DNA of 63,613 nucleotides, filler included, from Olpidium bornovanus S191 (lineage: Eukaryota; Fungi; Olpidiomycota), in the NCBI GenBank assembly GCA_017911155.1. It is 28 parts of 28 records of this genome, joined end to end, with 100 filler letters (N's around TTAATTAATTAA, not from the genome) between each part and the next. Parts side by side here need not be neighbours in the genome. Positions count along the whole stretch, not along the records: positions 12,422 to 15,305 come from JAEFCI010008917.1; positions 15,406 to 17,266 come from JAEFCI010011811.1; positions 17,367 to 19,875 come from JAEFCI010013072.1; positions 19,976 to 21,777 come from JAEFCI010006787.1; positions 21,878 to 24,075 come from JAEFCI010007256.1; positions 24,176 to 26,704 come from JAEFCI010007614.1; 22 more parts are not named here. One strand, given 5' to 3'. Below the pieces are notes generated by a model that saw only the letters and a list, made by a program, of their open reading frames with translations, did no database searches and had not been told where the DNA came from. Position numbers and translations under genes: made by a program. Of the stretch, positions 12,422 through 24,459 are shown in pieces (within the stretch, counting starts at the first letter, position 1; every line of letters begins with the position of its first letter).

Positions 12422-13383
12422 CATGCACTGAGGTTTCGCGGAGATTCTCGACGCAAAATAAAGGAAAAAAATTCGGCTTTTTTGATTCACAACGATTTAC
12501 CGGCCGGTATCTCGAACTCGATCTCCGGGAAGACGAGGGCGCCGTCCCTGCTCTTTATGATTCTCCTACCCAGGTCGTGAGCGCTGTCGACGGTGAGCGT
12601 GGACGACACGACGTCGCGTTGCGGCTCGGGCCGACTTGCGCCGGCGCCGCTCCCGTCGGTTTCGTCTTCCATTACGGTCGCTTCGGCCCCCCGGTCACGC
12701 GGCGGCGGCTCCGCAATCGCGTCCATCGCCAGGATCTCGTTTGAGTAGTACCCGCAGCCGGGACATTCGAAATTCTCGACCCCCGCCTCCCGAGCATGGT
12801 ATGCCAGACGGATGGAGTAGAGGCGCCGGGCGCCCTTTGTTTTTTTTTTTTTTTTTTGGTTTTGCGGACGTTGTTGAGGCAGAGCAGAGGAGAAAGGGAG
12901 GAACGTTATGAAACAAGAAAGGTGTGCCCAGGAGCGCACGCGCGCGGAAGGGATCCAAGAAAGAGAGAGAGAGAAAAAAAAAAACGGTACGAACCCAATT
13001 TTCTCTCTCTCGCAAGGGGGGTTTTGGCTTACCGTGTCGAAGCACTTGAAACAGACCGCGTCTATCTGCGCCCGCGGCGCACCGGGCGCGACGCCGGCTC
13101 CCTCCTCGTCATCTTCCGCCCGGGCCTCCCCTTCCCCCGCGACTCGCGCTCCGGCCTCGACGCCGCCGCCGCCGCCGTCCTCCTGCGGCGGCCTTGGATG
13201 TGCCAGCATGGGTATGGAGATCACGGTGGTCCGCTGGTCGTGGCGCGCGGCCGCCGTCCGCTGCCTTTTGCTGTTGCCGCCGCCGCCGCTGCTTCCGCCA
13301 AATGAGGAGGAAGCGGAGGAGGCGCGAGGCCCGCCCTCGTCCATCTCGTTCGGCGAGTCATCATCAGGGAGGTGGCGTCCCAT
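12422..13383 (-). CDS. ZPR1: ZPR1-like zinc-finger protein, divergent (3' truncated)
   Basis: Exon 13383-13033 ends IDAVCFKCFDT. Exon 12834-12501 reads ENFECPGCGYYSNEI..STLTVDSAHDLGRRIIKSRDGALVFPEIEFEIPA, matching the ZPR1 C4 finger and A domain (LNRQVVKS..IPELDFEIP). Confidence 0.8.
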
Positions 13384-13904
13384 GGCCGGTGTTCTCGGTT
13401 CTGGATGCGTTTTTTTACGGCGGCGGTTCTGTCCGCTGGGCGGGGCACAGTAAAAAAAAAAAAAAAATGAATAAATAAATAAAAGCCACGACAAAACGTG
13501 ACACGCCCCCTTCCGCCCCCCCCTTTCGGGGCTCCTGCCAACTTGCTCGACTTGCCGCAGATCCAGCACGTCCCCCGAGCATACCATCGCATGCCCCAAC
13601 GCCAGCAACACGACCGACAGAACAAGGAAAAACTTTCAGCTTCTATGCTCCTCCATGTCGCCGTTTCAACCCTGCTAACCGCTTTGCCGCACCTTTCTTT
13701 TTTTTGGGGCACGTGGTGCAGGTCCGCAGACGCAGGAAGTTTCGTAGCCGAAAGCCAAAAAGACTGGAGATCATCCCTTGCATGCCCAAACACCCATGAT
13801 ATTGATGATCTTCTTTTTTTTGCATGCCCTGACACCAGAACACGATAGAACGAGAGCTTCTACGCTTCTCGACGTCGCCGGTTCAACCGCGCTAACCGCT
13901 TTGC

Positions 13905-14003
13905 TGTATCTTTTTTTCTGCGGCCTGCTGCACGTTTAAAGCTGTCTTTAACACTGTATCCTTTTTCTGCGGCCTGCTGCACGTTTAAAGCTGTCTTTAA
14001 CAC
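13905..14003. repeat. ~50-bp tandem duplication
   Basis: tgtatc(t/c)ttttt..ctgcggcctgctgcacgtttaaagctgtctttaacac occurs twice (13905-13954, 13955-14003). Confidence 0.9.
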
Positions 14004-14349
14004 TCTTTTAAGCCGTCAGCCCTTACCATGACTACAATTGCACGGTAAGCTCCAACTTTCAGGATGCGTGGTTGCTGCCGGTAGCGGTCTGCACTTTCTG
14101 AGAAGGCTACGCTGTGTCGTGTTTGGGAAGACAAGCACACGCTGCTCCTGATGCCCTTGGAGTGTTATACTGCAGCTGCGGAGCTTACGGCCCAGATGTG
14201 ACAATGCAGTGGCGTTTGATGCTGCAGCGGCCAATGTGACACTTGGAATGGAATGGACAGTTAAAGTCGTTGTCCGCAACCACAACCACCACAGTGAAGT
14301 TGACGTGTCCAAATGTCCAGACGCTCGCAGACTGTCGGGACAAAAAAAA

Positions 14350-14878
14350 CGTGGAATACTTTGGATCCCACGTGCGGCTCGCCACAATGACACCCCCAGA
14401 CCTGCCCTTCACTGCCTCGTTTCTGGCAAGATTCGCCGCATCGTCGTCAGAAACGCAATGGGGAGCGGCCAAAAGGGGACAGAAGTACCGCGTTGGTACC
14501 CTCGATCCCGGCATATACTTCGACGGAGCCTCAGGAGAGCGCCCGGCAGAAACGTGTTGCCACATCGTCATGCGAAGCCTAGCCCGCCGCAGGATCTGCT
14601 GCCGCCCTAGTGGTCGCAGTCGCTGACTGCAAGTGTCAACCCCGTTATTGTCACAGAGGCAACGGCCCTAAAAATTGATAACACCGGTGCCGCCGAGTTG
14701 GCGGCTGATGCTTTTTTTCCGTATGGACATCAAGTATCATAACATGAGGAAGTACGCAGCCGGGGGACCCATCAAGACCCGCCGTGTTGAGAGAGCCGAG
14801 AATCCGGCAGACATGTCTGCAACGCCTTTGCAAAGGGTCAAATTTGCCAAGTCTGCCAGGATGATTACGCTGCGAGAG
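14350..14878 (+). mobile_element. Degenerate Ty1/Copia RT C-terminus and RNase H, internally deleted
   Basis: TPPDLPFTASFLARFAASSSETQWGAAKRGQKYRVGTLDPGIYF; LKIDNTGAAELA; DIKYHNMRKY..ERAENPADMSATPLQRVKF. Confidence 0.85.
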
Positions 14879-15234
14879 ACGAACGAGAAGCCGCCCCAAG
14901 GGGAAAAGCCCGCAGGAAGATCAATTGGATAACGGGTAACCGTTGGGGCATACGGCGCGCGCTGGGGGGGGGGGAGCGTAGGAAACAAAGAGGGAAGAGG
15001 GGGCGTGGGCCCGAGCGCAGCACGCACCACAGGCTCTTCCCCTGTGAACGCCTGTGATCCCGCTAGGAAGTTCCCGCTGTAAACGCGGCCGGAAGTAAAC
15101 AGCGGGAGAAATGGTTTCTCCGCGGATCCCAGTCGCGAAGCCCTTCGGCTCTGCTTCCGTCTCCCGAGGCTTGGCTGCGGGTCGCGGTTGCGACACCCCC
15201 TTCCTCCTCCCCCGCCCCAGTTGTTTTTTTATTT

Positions 15235-15303
<69 letters not shown>

Positions 15304-15455
15304 CCNNNNNNNNNNNNNNNNNNNNNNNNNNNNNNNNNNNNNNNNNNNNTTAATTAATTAANNNNNNNNNNNNNNNNNNNNNNNNNNNNNNNNNNNNNNN
15401 NNNNNCATGGTCGCTGCCTGCTTAGCGGATGGCTTCTCCTTCGAATCGCCGCTAG

Positions 15456-16028
15456 CTACGCCCCGGCATTTCGCGTTTTCCGCGACTCCGTCGCGATATT
15501 TCATTTTATAGGAATGCAAAAACCGTGGGATTGGACCCGCCTGCACGACGGGAAAATTGTCTGCAAAGGCGATCATTACGTAACCGAGGTCGTCACGCGG
15601 TGGTGGAACATCTACGACACTTACATTTCGCATTGGGTAAGGGTCAACTTCGCGTCCGTTGGCGGCTGCTCCTTACCCCGTGCTTACAGATACCGCGTCG
15701 CCTTTTCCGCGGTAGACGAAAGAAAGCGAACCATTCTCAAAGAAGGTAATGCCGAGGACAACAGCTGTGCAATCCAGTCGGCTTAAATGGCTAGCTCAAA
15801 CGTCGTTTGTCGTTTGAAACTCGCGCGTCACAGGTGGCGCTAGGTTTGCCGGGAGAGCTTCCGCGCTTTTCTTCGCCTTCGACCCACCCCGTTCCGTCCT
15901 CCACCGTAACCCGTCCATCCGGCCTGGGAAATTACCGGGTCGATTGGAACGACGATGACACCGACGTCGAACCGGTGACCTTGCCGTCGTCTCTAACCGT
16001 GGCCGATGCGGATTCCACCAGTACCTAA
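15456..16028 (+). CDS. GLG: Glycogenin (GT8), C-terminal exons
   Basis: Exon 15456-15636 reads YAPAFRVFRDSVAIFHFIGMQKPWDW..VTRWWNIYD (glycogenin HFIG..KPW motif). The last exon contains NYRVDWN. The middle exon boundaries are uncertain. Confidence 0.85.
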
Positions 16029-17791
16029 TGGCCAGCGTCAAGACCCGAGCAACCCAGGCGCCGTCCGCCGTTAGGGCGTAGCGGCAGTCGTAAAGAGGCG
16101 GGGAGTGCGGAAGCGGAAAGAGGGGGGAGGGAGAAGGGGGGCGCCGGAGGTGGGATTTTTAAGCGTTGTCGCGGGCGTCTCGCTTTATCACCCAGCCATG
16201 TGTCCGAAGCGAAGACGAAGAATTACCCTGTTATTTATCGGTGATTGGCGCTCCGCGCGCCATCTTCTTTGTAGAATGACTTCTGACCGTGCAATCGACG
16301 TTTCCGCCTTCGTGCAGAAGTGAGTCATGCCGTTTGTAATTGTTGGGGTCGGTGAACAACTCCTGTCCCGCCTCATTATGTCGTTTGATTATGATTTGTG
16401 GAGGCGTTTGGTGGCATTGGCGAGCTGTGCTCTGGATGTCCTGAGGGCTCTGAGGTGACAACGGCTTAGCCAGAGTTTTGCCTACCTTGGCTGGTCAACG
16501 TCGGGCACGGTCTTGTCAAATTTGCCAATGAAGCGGCAGCAGTCGAAAAGTTCAAATGACTAGAGTTTAACTTTGATTATTTGCAAGTCCTTTAATAAAT
16601 TTCTTATATGTAATGTATTATTACGCATAATATGACCAGCGTATAAATTATCATATGTATAACCATCAGATTCAAACTGAAATACCTTCAACATAACTGT
16701 CAAGTGTAGAACGGTGAATTGTGGCTTGCACCTGTAACCGCTCAATTCCACGAATACACGAACACTAGACTTTAATCGTAGCGATGCAACAGCAGAGTTC
16801 CGCAGACGTCGCCGCAGGCGGACTTTACGCTTGCGACAACAAAAAAAAACTGTTCCCGAGCGTCTTCTCCAAGGTTTCACTTCACGCGCAGGCGCGGCCC
16901 CGGTTCGCCGACGAAAAAGGGGGCAGAATTTGCCCGCTCCGGCGGAGCTCGCCCGTCGCAAATTCTGTCGCCGCCGAACAGAAACAAGAGCCCCCCGGAT
17001 TTGGAAAAGAGAAGAATTTTTTTTTCTTGTTTGCCGATGCACAAAAAGGCTGCGCGCCAAGAAAAAAATGAAATAAATAAGTAAAACAATAAGAATAAAA
17101 AAGAAATAAAATAAAAGGGCGGCGCGGCGCGCGCAGGGCCCCCCGGGTTTATTCGCCCCGGGTTGCCGCTATCCCGCCTGTGACGTTGCTGCCCCGTCCC
17201 GCCAGTCGGGGGAAGGTGGAGGGGGGGGGGGGGGGAGGGGTTTTGGGGGGGGGGGGGGGAAGGAGGNNNNNNNNNNNNNNNNNNNNNNNNNNNNNNNNNN
17301 NNNNNNNNNNTTAATTAATTAANNNNNNNNNNNNNNNNNNNNNNNNNNNNNNNNNNNNNNNNNNNNAGAGGAAAAGGGGGAGTTGAGGAAAACTCGCGCG
17401 CGCGTGGCCAAATCTTCCCCACCGAGGCTTTGTGCATCCCGGGACTTTGCCTGCTCGCGGGGGAAGCCGCGCGTGCATCGGCGATGAGGGAGAAAGACCC
17501 TTTCCGGTGGAGAGGGACGTTAAAGAAGGACCGTAGGTTTTGCTCCGAACCCGCGCCAGAGACTGCTTCGCCGCCACGGCCTCGCGGGCGTGTGTGAAAA
17601 AAAAAAAAAAAACCGGGCGCGCCGCCCCTGCGCGGACCGCGGCTTTTTTTTCCCCCCGGGCGAAACCCGCCCGCGAGAGGGAAAGCCCGGCTGCGGGAAA
17701 TGAACAAAGAAAGAAAGGAATGCTTACGTGCAACGCCGCTCGCGACAACTCCTTCCCCTTTTCCCCCTTCCCCCCCGAACTCCGAGCCCAG

Positions 17792-18284
17792 TGGTGGAAA
17801 TGATGTACGGTTTCGGCGCCGTGAAGCACCCGGCTAACGACACGCTAGACTCGTGGAGGAACTAGCCGTTGATTACATTCAAAACCTGGTACAGAGCGCT
17901 TTGCAAGACGAACTCCCACCCTCCCACGCTGTATAAATCGTTTTTCTGGCGACGTTTTCTGCTTGCAGGGCACCGCGGAGGGGGAACGGGGTGGGGATTG
18001 GTCGGTCAAGTCAGTTTTGCAAAAGCCTGACTCCTCGGCGGTTCCTGTTCTCTACGGCTTCGGACCGCAGTACCTCGGAGGCCTCGAAGCTCGCCGAGCG
18101 TCGAAAGAACGTTACCGTGAACGCCAACGATTTTCGGCACGTTCTCCTGCGCGACCCGAAGAAGCTCGGCCGAGCAGAGTACCTGCTGCAGATGCAAGCC
18201 CGGCTCGATCACTTGAAGGACGGCTCTTCCGCCGCGTTGGAGAACATCGGGGAAGCGCGCAGCAAGAAAATGCTCGATCATTAA
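17792..18284 (+). CDS. TAF13: TFIID subunit TAF13-like histone-fold protein, with an apparent frameshift
   Basis: MMYGFG..DTL(D)-LVEELAVDYIQNL then TSEASKLAERR..VNANDFRHVLLRDPKKLGRAEYLLQMQ. A 1-nt deficit at ~17850 and an out-of-phase splice junction must be assumed. Confidence 0.75.
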
Positions 18285-18581
18285 ACGAGCGGCCTGGAAG
18301 TTGGGTAATAAAAAAGAAAGCCGCGCTGGAGGGAACGTCCCTGGCCAACAGGAAAGATGTCGCGGCCAAAAAAAAATTCAAGATACGCGCCCCGCGTTGT
18401 TTTGTGTTGCGTTTGTTGCAGCTTCGCCGCAGAAAGGGAAGCGCGAGCCCACATTCGACTGATTATGCCAATAAAACTGAAGAAGGCGCGTGAAGCCATC
18501 AAACGGGCGGCCCGAGCCGAAGTGAATGGTGAAGACTTTTCACTTCATCAAACTGCCCAAAACAAAATTGATCTCAGAATG

Positions 18582-19875
18582 CTAAGTTACGAAGGGCATC
18601 CCCTTTATTTTCTTCGCCATTCTGACAGCCCCAAACTTTTCCTGGCATTTCTTGGTTAAGTGGTTAAACAGCGACTCCCACACGTCCCTGTCGCTACCCC
18701 GTGTCAGCAGCATCAACTCCGCTTCTTTTTCACTCCTGTCCTCTTCGACCCCGGTGGCCTCCCTGAGCACGACCGCGAATTCGAACAGCGGCTTCCCCGC
18801 CAATGACGGCACCGCGCTTTTCTCCCACGCAGCGGCGACGCGGTCATGTTGCGCGTCCTTATCGCTTTTTTGCTTTCTTCGGTCCCGCGAGTCCAGGTCT
18901 TCTGGTGTGCCGTGCCCCTGAAAACCACCGCGGTTGGGGTAGTGGACACGTCGTCAAACACACGCAGCTCATTGAGCACCGACGCGACGAGACTCTCCAG
19001 CTGGTCCAGAGTGGTCGGATACTTCTTGCCAAGTGCAATGCGCGGCGGCAGAAGCTTTTGCATGCGAGACCCCAACCAGTTCCGATCCTTTGAAAAAGTC
19101 TAAAGCGAGAAAGACGAATTCGCCATATGCAATTTCAGTAACATTTTGGGCGACTGGAATGACCCTTCGCTAGCGAACGCCGCATTTCAGACGGTGACTG
19201 CTTGCAGTCGTCTTGTCATGACGCCGAAGTCACCACGGACCGGCCTTCTTCAACTCACCGCGAACGCCCTCTCGTCTCCAAAACTCCAAGCAACTCCCCA
19301 TCGTTTGGTGCGGCCGCCCGCCTGGAACTCGGTCAGGATGTAATTTGAAATCTGCCATTTGGCAAAACACAGGTAAGTACCGCCCGTGGTGGGGTTTCGA
19401 CAAGGCTGCCTTGCCCCGGTTACGGGAAAGGCGATCGGCCGGTCACGTACTTTCTGACGTTTCAGATCGCTCACGACGATGTCAAGGTTCCAGCGGTGTC
19501 CAACGAGCGAGGTGTACCAACTACAGCAGAGTCCGACGGAAAGCAACCAAGTGGGTGACCGTCGATTTCGTAACGAGATGTACATCTGCGACGAAGCGAC
19601 TGACCTTACCCGGTCGCCCAACTGCACGCTCTCCTCTATCATCGTCACGATAAACTTCGCTTCGCTCCTGGTGTAATCATTTCCCTCTCTGCTCCAGTGC
19701 ATACCTGCAAGTAAAAATTAGAAGACTGGACTAAACGACTGACGCCGGCCAGTTATAAATGATGGCAACCCGGTACGCAGTCCTCCTGCCACTCACTGAG
19801 GACAGGTCAAGGGCCTTTTGCTCGCGAGAAAGACATATTTCTTCAAAAGATCCATAAAACGGTGGATTGCACATG
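18582..19875 (-). CDS. METTL16: METTL16/RlmF-family m6A RNA methyltransferase (5' truncated, two apparent 1-nt deletions)
   Basis: MCNPPFYGSFEE (catalytic NPPF); EMITPG(G)EAKFIVTMIEESVQL; WYTSLVGHRWNL; ISNYILTEFQAGGRTKRWGVAWSF; C-terminal KTWTR..RRK and GSDRDVWESLFNHL. Confidence 0.9.
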
Positions 19876-20205
19876 NNNNNNNNNNNNNNNNNNNNNNNNN
19901 NNNNNNNNNNNNNNNNNNNTTAATTAATTAANNNNNNNNNNNNNNNNNNNNNNNNNNNNNNNNNNNNNNNNNNNNACTGCCTCTGGGCTACGACGTAAAA
20001 GGAACGCCAACCGAGCCAAAGTTTTTGACACCCGAATTCCACTGGTCGCTCGTCAAAAATGAGAACCGTGCCGACCCTCCCACACACACACCCCCCTCCC
20101 CCCCCCCCCCCCCCCGCCCCCCCGGGCTTTTTCCCCCCCGCAGAGTGACGGAACCCCCCCCCCCCCCCCCCCCCCCCTTCCCCCGGCCGAGCTGTTGCGA
20201 AGCGT

Positions 20206-21626
20206 CTAGGCATGGCGCCGAACTTTGTTGCCGCCGAGTAGAGTGACGGAATCCCAGCTGTTCCAGCGGTCGATTTTTACCAGCCCGCTCTTGCCGCCAA
20301 AGTTCTCGCTGCTGACGGCTCTGCTCCAACCGCCGCTTCCGGCCATTCCGCTCCCGGACCAGTCGTCGTCGTCCCCGGAGAGCCCCCCGCTCAACGGGGC
20401 CGTCCGGACCGAGATCTCCTCTTCGTCGTCCCCCAGGGCGAGCAGCTTGGTTATGTCGGCGACGGACGGGTTCGCGGCGTTCTCCTGCAAAGCCTCGCTC
20501 AGATCCGAGATCCACTTGTCGCGCGTCTCCTGGGCGTTCGTGAAGAACTGGTGGTCGAGCGTGAGTCCTCCAGCCGCCACAGTGGTTATGTGCAGGACGA
20601 AGGAGTATCGAAACATTTGTAACGACGCCTCTGTTTGCGGCGTATGGAAAGAGCGACGGGGTCACTTTCCGGGTGTTTTCCCGGCCGTCCCGTCGCAAAC
20701 AGCCAGACTAGTGAATGATTAGTTTGATTTTTTTTTTGTTTTATTCCGACTTTTACCTTTCGTCGGGGACGTTGATCGACTGTTGGGTGTGTCTGGAGAT
20801 ATCGCCGCGACCTCTCCTGTGCTCAGACTGCCATTTGTCATCGCGGCCCCTCCTAGTGGGATGTTGCAGACGCAGGAAAACTTTGTCGTGTGCGACTTGA
20901 GCTTCTTCCGATCGTAGTGTCGTTTCGTCACCAGCATCTGATCGTTGAAAAGGAACAGGTACGCTGCCAACGGCCTATCCGCGTTTGGGCCGATGTACAG
21001 GACCGGCCCCTCCCCCAGATATCTGCGATGCTCGGTGGCCTGGACATCGGCGGGAGGGAAGTTGGTGGGGGGGGTTTCGGTCAGCGTCGCAGCAGGGTTG
21101 TTGCGCATTCGCCAAACCGTCCTTCACCCCTCTCCCCTCCACCCCGTGCGCCGTTGGCCAGAACGGACGCTTAGGCCGGGGACCTGAACGCGTCTCACCA
21201 AAGGATACTGCAGCTTCAGCCTGCTGGTTAACTCGGCGATTCTCTCTCTGCTTTCGTTCAGCTGTTTTGCGCGATTTACCAGTTTGGCAGACTCATGTAT
21301 GCGGTGCAGTGCGGTTTTCAGATCCGCCATGTCGGGATGGTCCTCCCACGTATTCTTAACCAGCTCTTTGAGGAGGAGCTCGTACCGCGGTATCCTGTGG
21401 ACATCGAAGGCGTGCATATGCGCTTAGCATCTGGTCGCCCTTGCGGTGGAGCCCAATTCAAAATAAAAGAAATCGGATATGCCTGGCAGACCCCCCTTCT
21501 TCCCCTCCCGCCGCCGCCGCCCAAAATAAAAAAAACTTTGCGCAGATCAAACACAAACCGTTGCACTGGCACGATTAGAAAGGCGCTGATGTCCAATCGC
21601 TTGCAGAGTTTAAAGTTGCCGACGGT
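20206..21626 (-). CDS. DH-PH Rho guanine nucleotide exchange factor, C-terminal part
   Basis: LDISAFLIVPVQR|IPRYELLLKELVKNTWEDHPDMADLKTALHRI (end of DH). RRYLGEG..YLFLFNDQMLVTK and FFTNAQETRDKWISDL are PH motifs. Confidence 0.9.
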
Positions 21627-21962
21627 CTTTCAACCAACCGCGGTAAGCGGCATGCGCATGTCAGTGCCTCGGATTTTGACGGTTCCTGAGTGAACCGTTT
21701 GCGGAGGGCTCACATCTAAAAAGTTCTGAAAAGCAGAAACCTTTCTGCACTTTACTACCACCCGTTCGAATTGCAAANNNNNNNNNNNNNNNNNNNNNNN
21801 NNNNNNNNNNNNNNNNNNNNNTTAATTAATTAANNNNNNNNNNNNNNNNNNNNNNNNNNNNNNNNNNNNNNNNNNNNATTTTCTCCCCCTCCCCCCCCCC
21901 CCCCCCCCCCCCCCCCCCTTTCCCCCCCCCCCCCCCCCCCGGGAACCGAAAAGCGAAAGCAG

Positions 21963-21997
<35 letters not shown>

Positions 21998-22021
21998 GTG
22001 GGGGGTGGGGTGGGGATCGCA

Positions 22022-23208
22022 ATGGCCAGACCAGGCATGATCTCGGTGCTCGTCGGCGTGCTTTCGGTCGTGGTCTTTTTCGCAAACGGTGTCTCCCCCA
22101 ATCCCGCTGCCCAAGATCCTCCCCCCAACTTCAGGGTGGCCTTCTTTGGGGACAGCTGGACGGAGTCCGAGTCTCCGGAACTGTTCCGGATGCTGAAAGA
22201 GGAGGGAGCCGATATGATCGTCCACGCCGGGGACTTCACGTATTCTCCAGACAAAACCCTGATCTTCCGGGTCGTCGAGAACACGATGGGCCCCAACTTC
22301 CCGTTCGTGGCCGTGCTCGGCAACCACGACCTCGACGAACCCCACCGCGGGAACCAGCACAGCGCTGATCCGGTGTCCGGCTACCAGCCCCTGCTCCTTG
22401 AGCAGACCGCCAAGGCCAACGTGAAGTGCGACGAAGATCCCCGCGGTGGAGCCGGCGCGATGCAGGCGTGTTACCACCAAGGCCTCTTGGTGGTAAACCT
22501 ATCGTACAGGCTAAAGCTCGATTTTTGGAGAGGCATTAGCGCTACGGATTACGCCAAGTTTATTGACGACACGTTCGATGCAAATCCGAACGTGCGCTGG
22601 AGGTACGGCGCCGTCACGTCACCGCATCGTTTTGCGTGACGGCAAAAGACCCAGATCGCTCAAAGCGAATGCGTCCCAACCGCCTCCCCTCTTCCCACCC
22701 CCTCCTCCTCTCTTCCAGGATATGCAATATCCACAAGCCAGTCAAACACAAAAAAACGGACCTGGTGGTGGAAACCTGCAAGAAATGGGGGGCCATCATC
22801 GCCAACGGCCACTGGCACTCCTATCTCCGGATGCACTACGCGCGCCTTGACCCCGTCCAGAGCCAGGTCGACGGCGCCCTGAACGTTTATGAGCTCGGTC
22901 CCGGACAAAGCGTCCAGTGGGTGGCCGGACTTGGCGGGGCGGATCCGGATGTCTTACGGCGAAAGCGCATCGGGCCCAGCACGGTCGTCGCGTGGCCCAG
23001 GGATCCCTCAAACGATGCGGTTGCCGGCGCCGTCATCTGCGAGTTTAACCCGCACGGTCAGGCGCCTGACCAAGCCTTGTGCGCGTTCCGCGACATCCTC
23101 CGTCGCGAGATTGACACGTTCGCCCTCAGGTCTCTGACGCCTGCGGACTGGGTCAGGCGTCTTCAGGAGCAGACTACTGAATCCAGGGGGACGGATGCAG
23201 ACTACTAA
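22022..23208 (+). CDS. Secreted calcineurin-like metallophosphoesterase, two exons (22022-22602, 22719-23208)
   Basis: Hydrophobic N-terminal signal. Motifs VAFFGDS, IVHAGDFTY, VLGNHD, WRICNIHK, IANGHWHSYLR. One GT-AG intron. Confidence 0.9.
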
Positions 23209-24459
23209 ATCCGGGGAGACGGACGGGTCGAAAACGCAAGCCTTTGGGGCGCCGTTCGCCGGGTTTCAGCGTCGCGACATCCCCCCCCCCCTCCTCCCCG
23301 GCTTGCCACTCGTGCGGCATTTTCCCCGTCGTCGTTGTCGTCGAGAAGCTGGCCCGGACCCAGGCGGGCGGCAGTCGAGAATCCGCCATTTTTTTGTCTG
23401 TTTTAAGAAGTTTTTTATTAGAATGTCACAGTGTGACCGGGCGTGAATCTATCACCTTGAATTTGCCAGTTCAACTATTATTTTCGAAAAGCTCGTTCCA
23501 TTTAATAAATGCTCTTTTAGATGCACCTTCCTGCGCGAGTCCGGTCAGCGCACCTTGTCTTTACGATAAGTCTCTGTGTTTCGCGGGGGCGGGCTCCCTG
23601 CGGGGTCGGGTCATTTGTGGGGTGGAACCGGGGCCGGCCTGCGGCGGGGAGCTTGGTTTGGGGACCGGACAGCGTCCGCGCAGTGCGGTCCGGCGCGCCG
23701 AGCGCATAAAAATGCGCGAGCGTTGGAGGAGGGGGAGGGGGTGGGAAAGCCGCCCTCTCCTCTCTGCCAAACGCAACAAACGAAAGGCCCCCAAACGGCT
23801 ACGCGCCGCCTGCCGTTGAGCCCGACGCGCGCCTGCCCTGCCCCTGAGGACGAACCCATCCGTGAACTGTCCCGAAAGGCAGAAGGAAGGCGCCAGCCGC
23901 GACCCCGCCACCGCGAAAGAAGACCGCGCGCCGCTACGCAACACACTCCGATGAGCCCAACAGCCCGAAGCCCTCCAGTTCCGCGGGGAATCTGCAGCGA
24001 AGGCAAAAGAGCTACATCGTCTTGAAGTCATTCTCCACCAAAGGTGGGAAAAATCCACAGCCAGGTCACACCATGNNNNNNNNNNNNNNNNNNNNNNNNN
24101 NNNNNNNNNNNNNNNNNNNTTAATTAATTAANNNNNNNNNNNNNNNNNNNNNNNNNNNNNNNNNNNNNNNNNNNNGATGTATCCAGAATCCTTCCTTGGT
24201 GTCTTCGGCGAGTGCGACGTTTTCAGACTTGCATCTAGAAGTCGCCACAACTTCTTGGCGCTTGCTCCTGCTCCACCAGCCAGAAGGAACACATGTGTCA
24301 ACGGTGTGGGTACTTTTGCTGGACGCAGGTTACGGGCGCCAGCTGCGCTGTCGGTAATATTCACCCGTGGTACACCCGCAAGGACAATTACGAGTCACGC
24401 GACCTGTGGCCCCAGTAAAATAACCCCCAGCAATCCTGCACGTGAGCTCCGCCGTCAAA

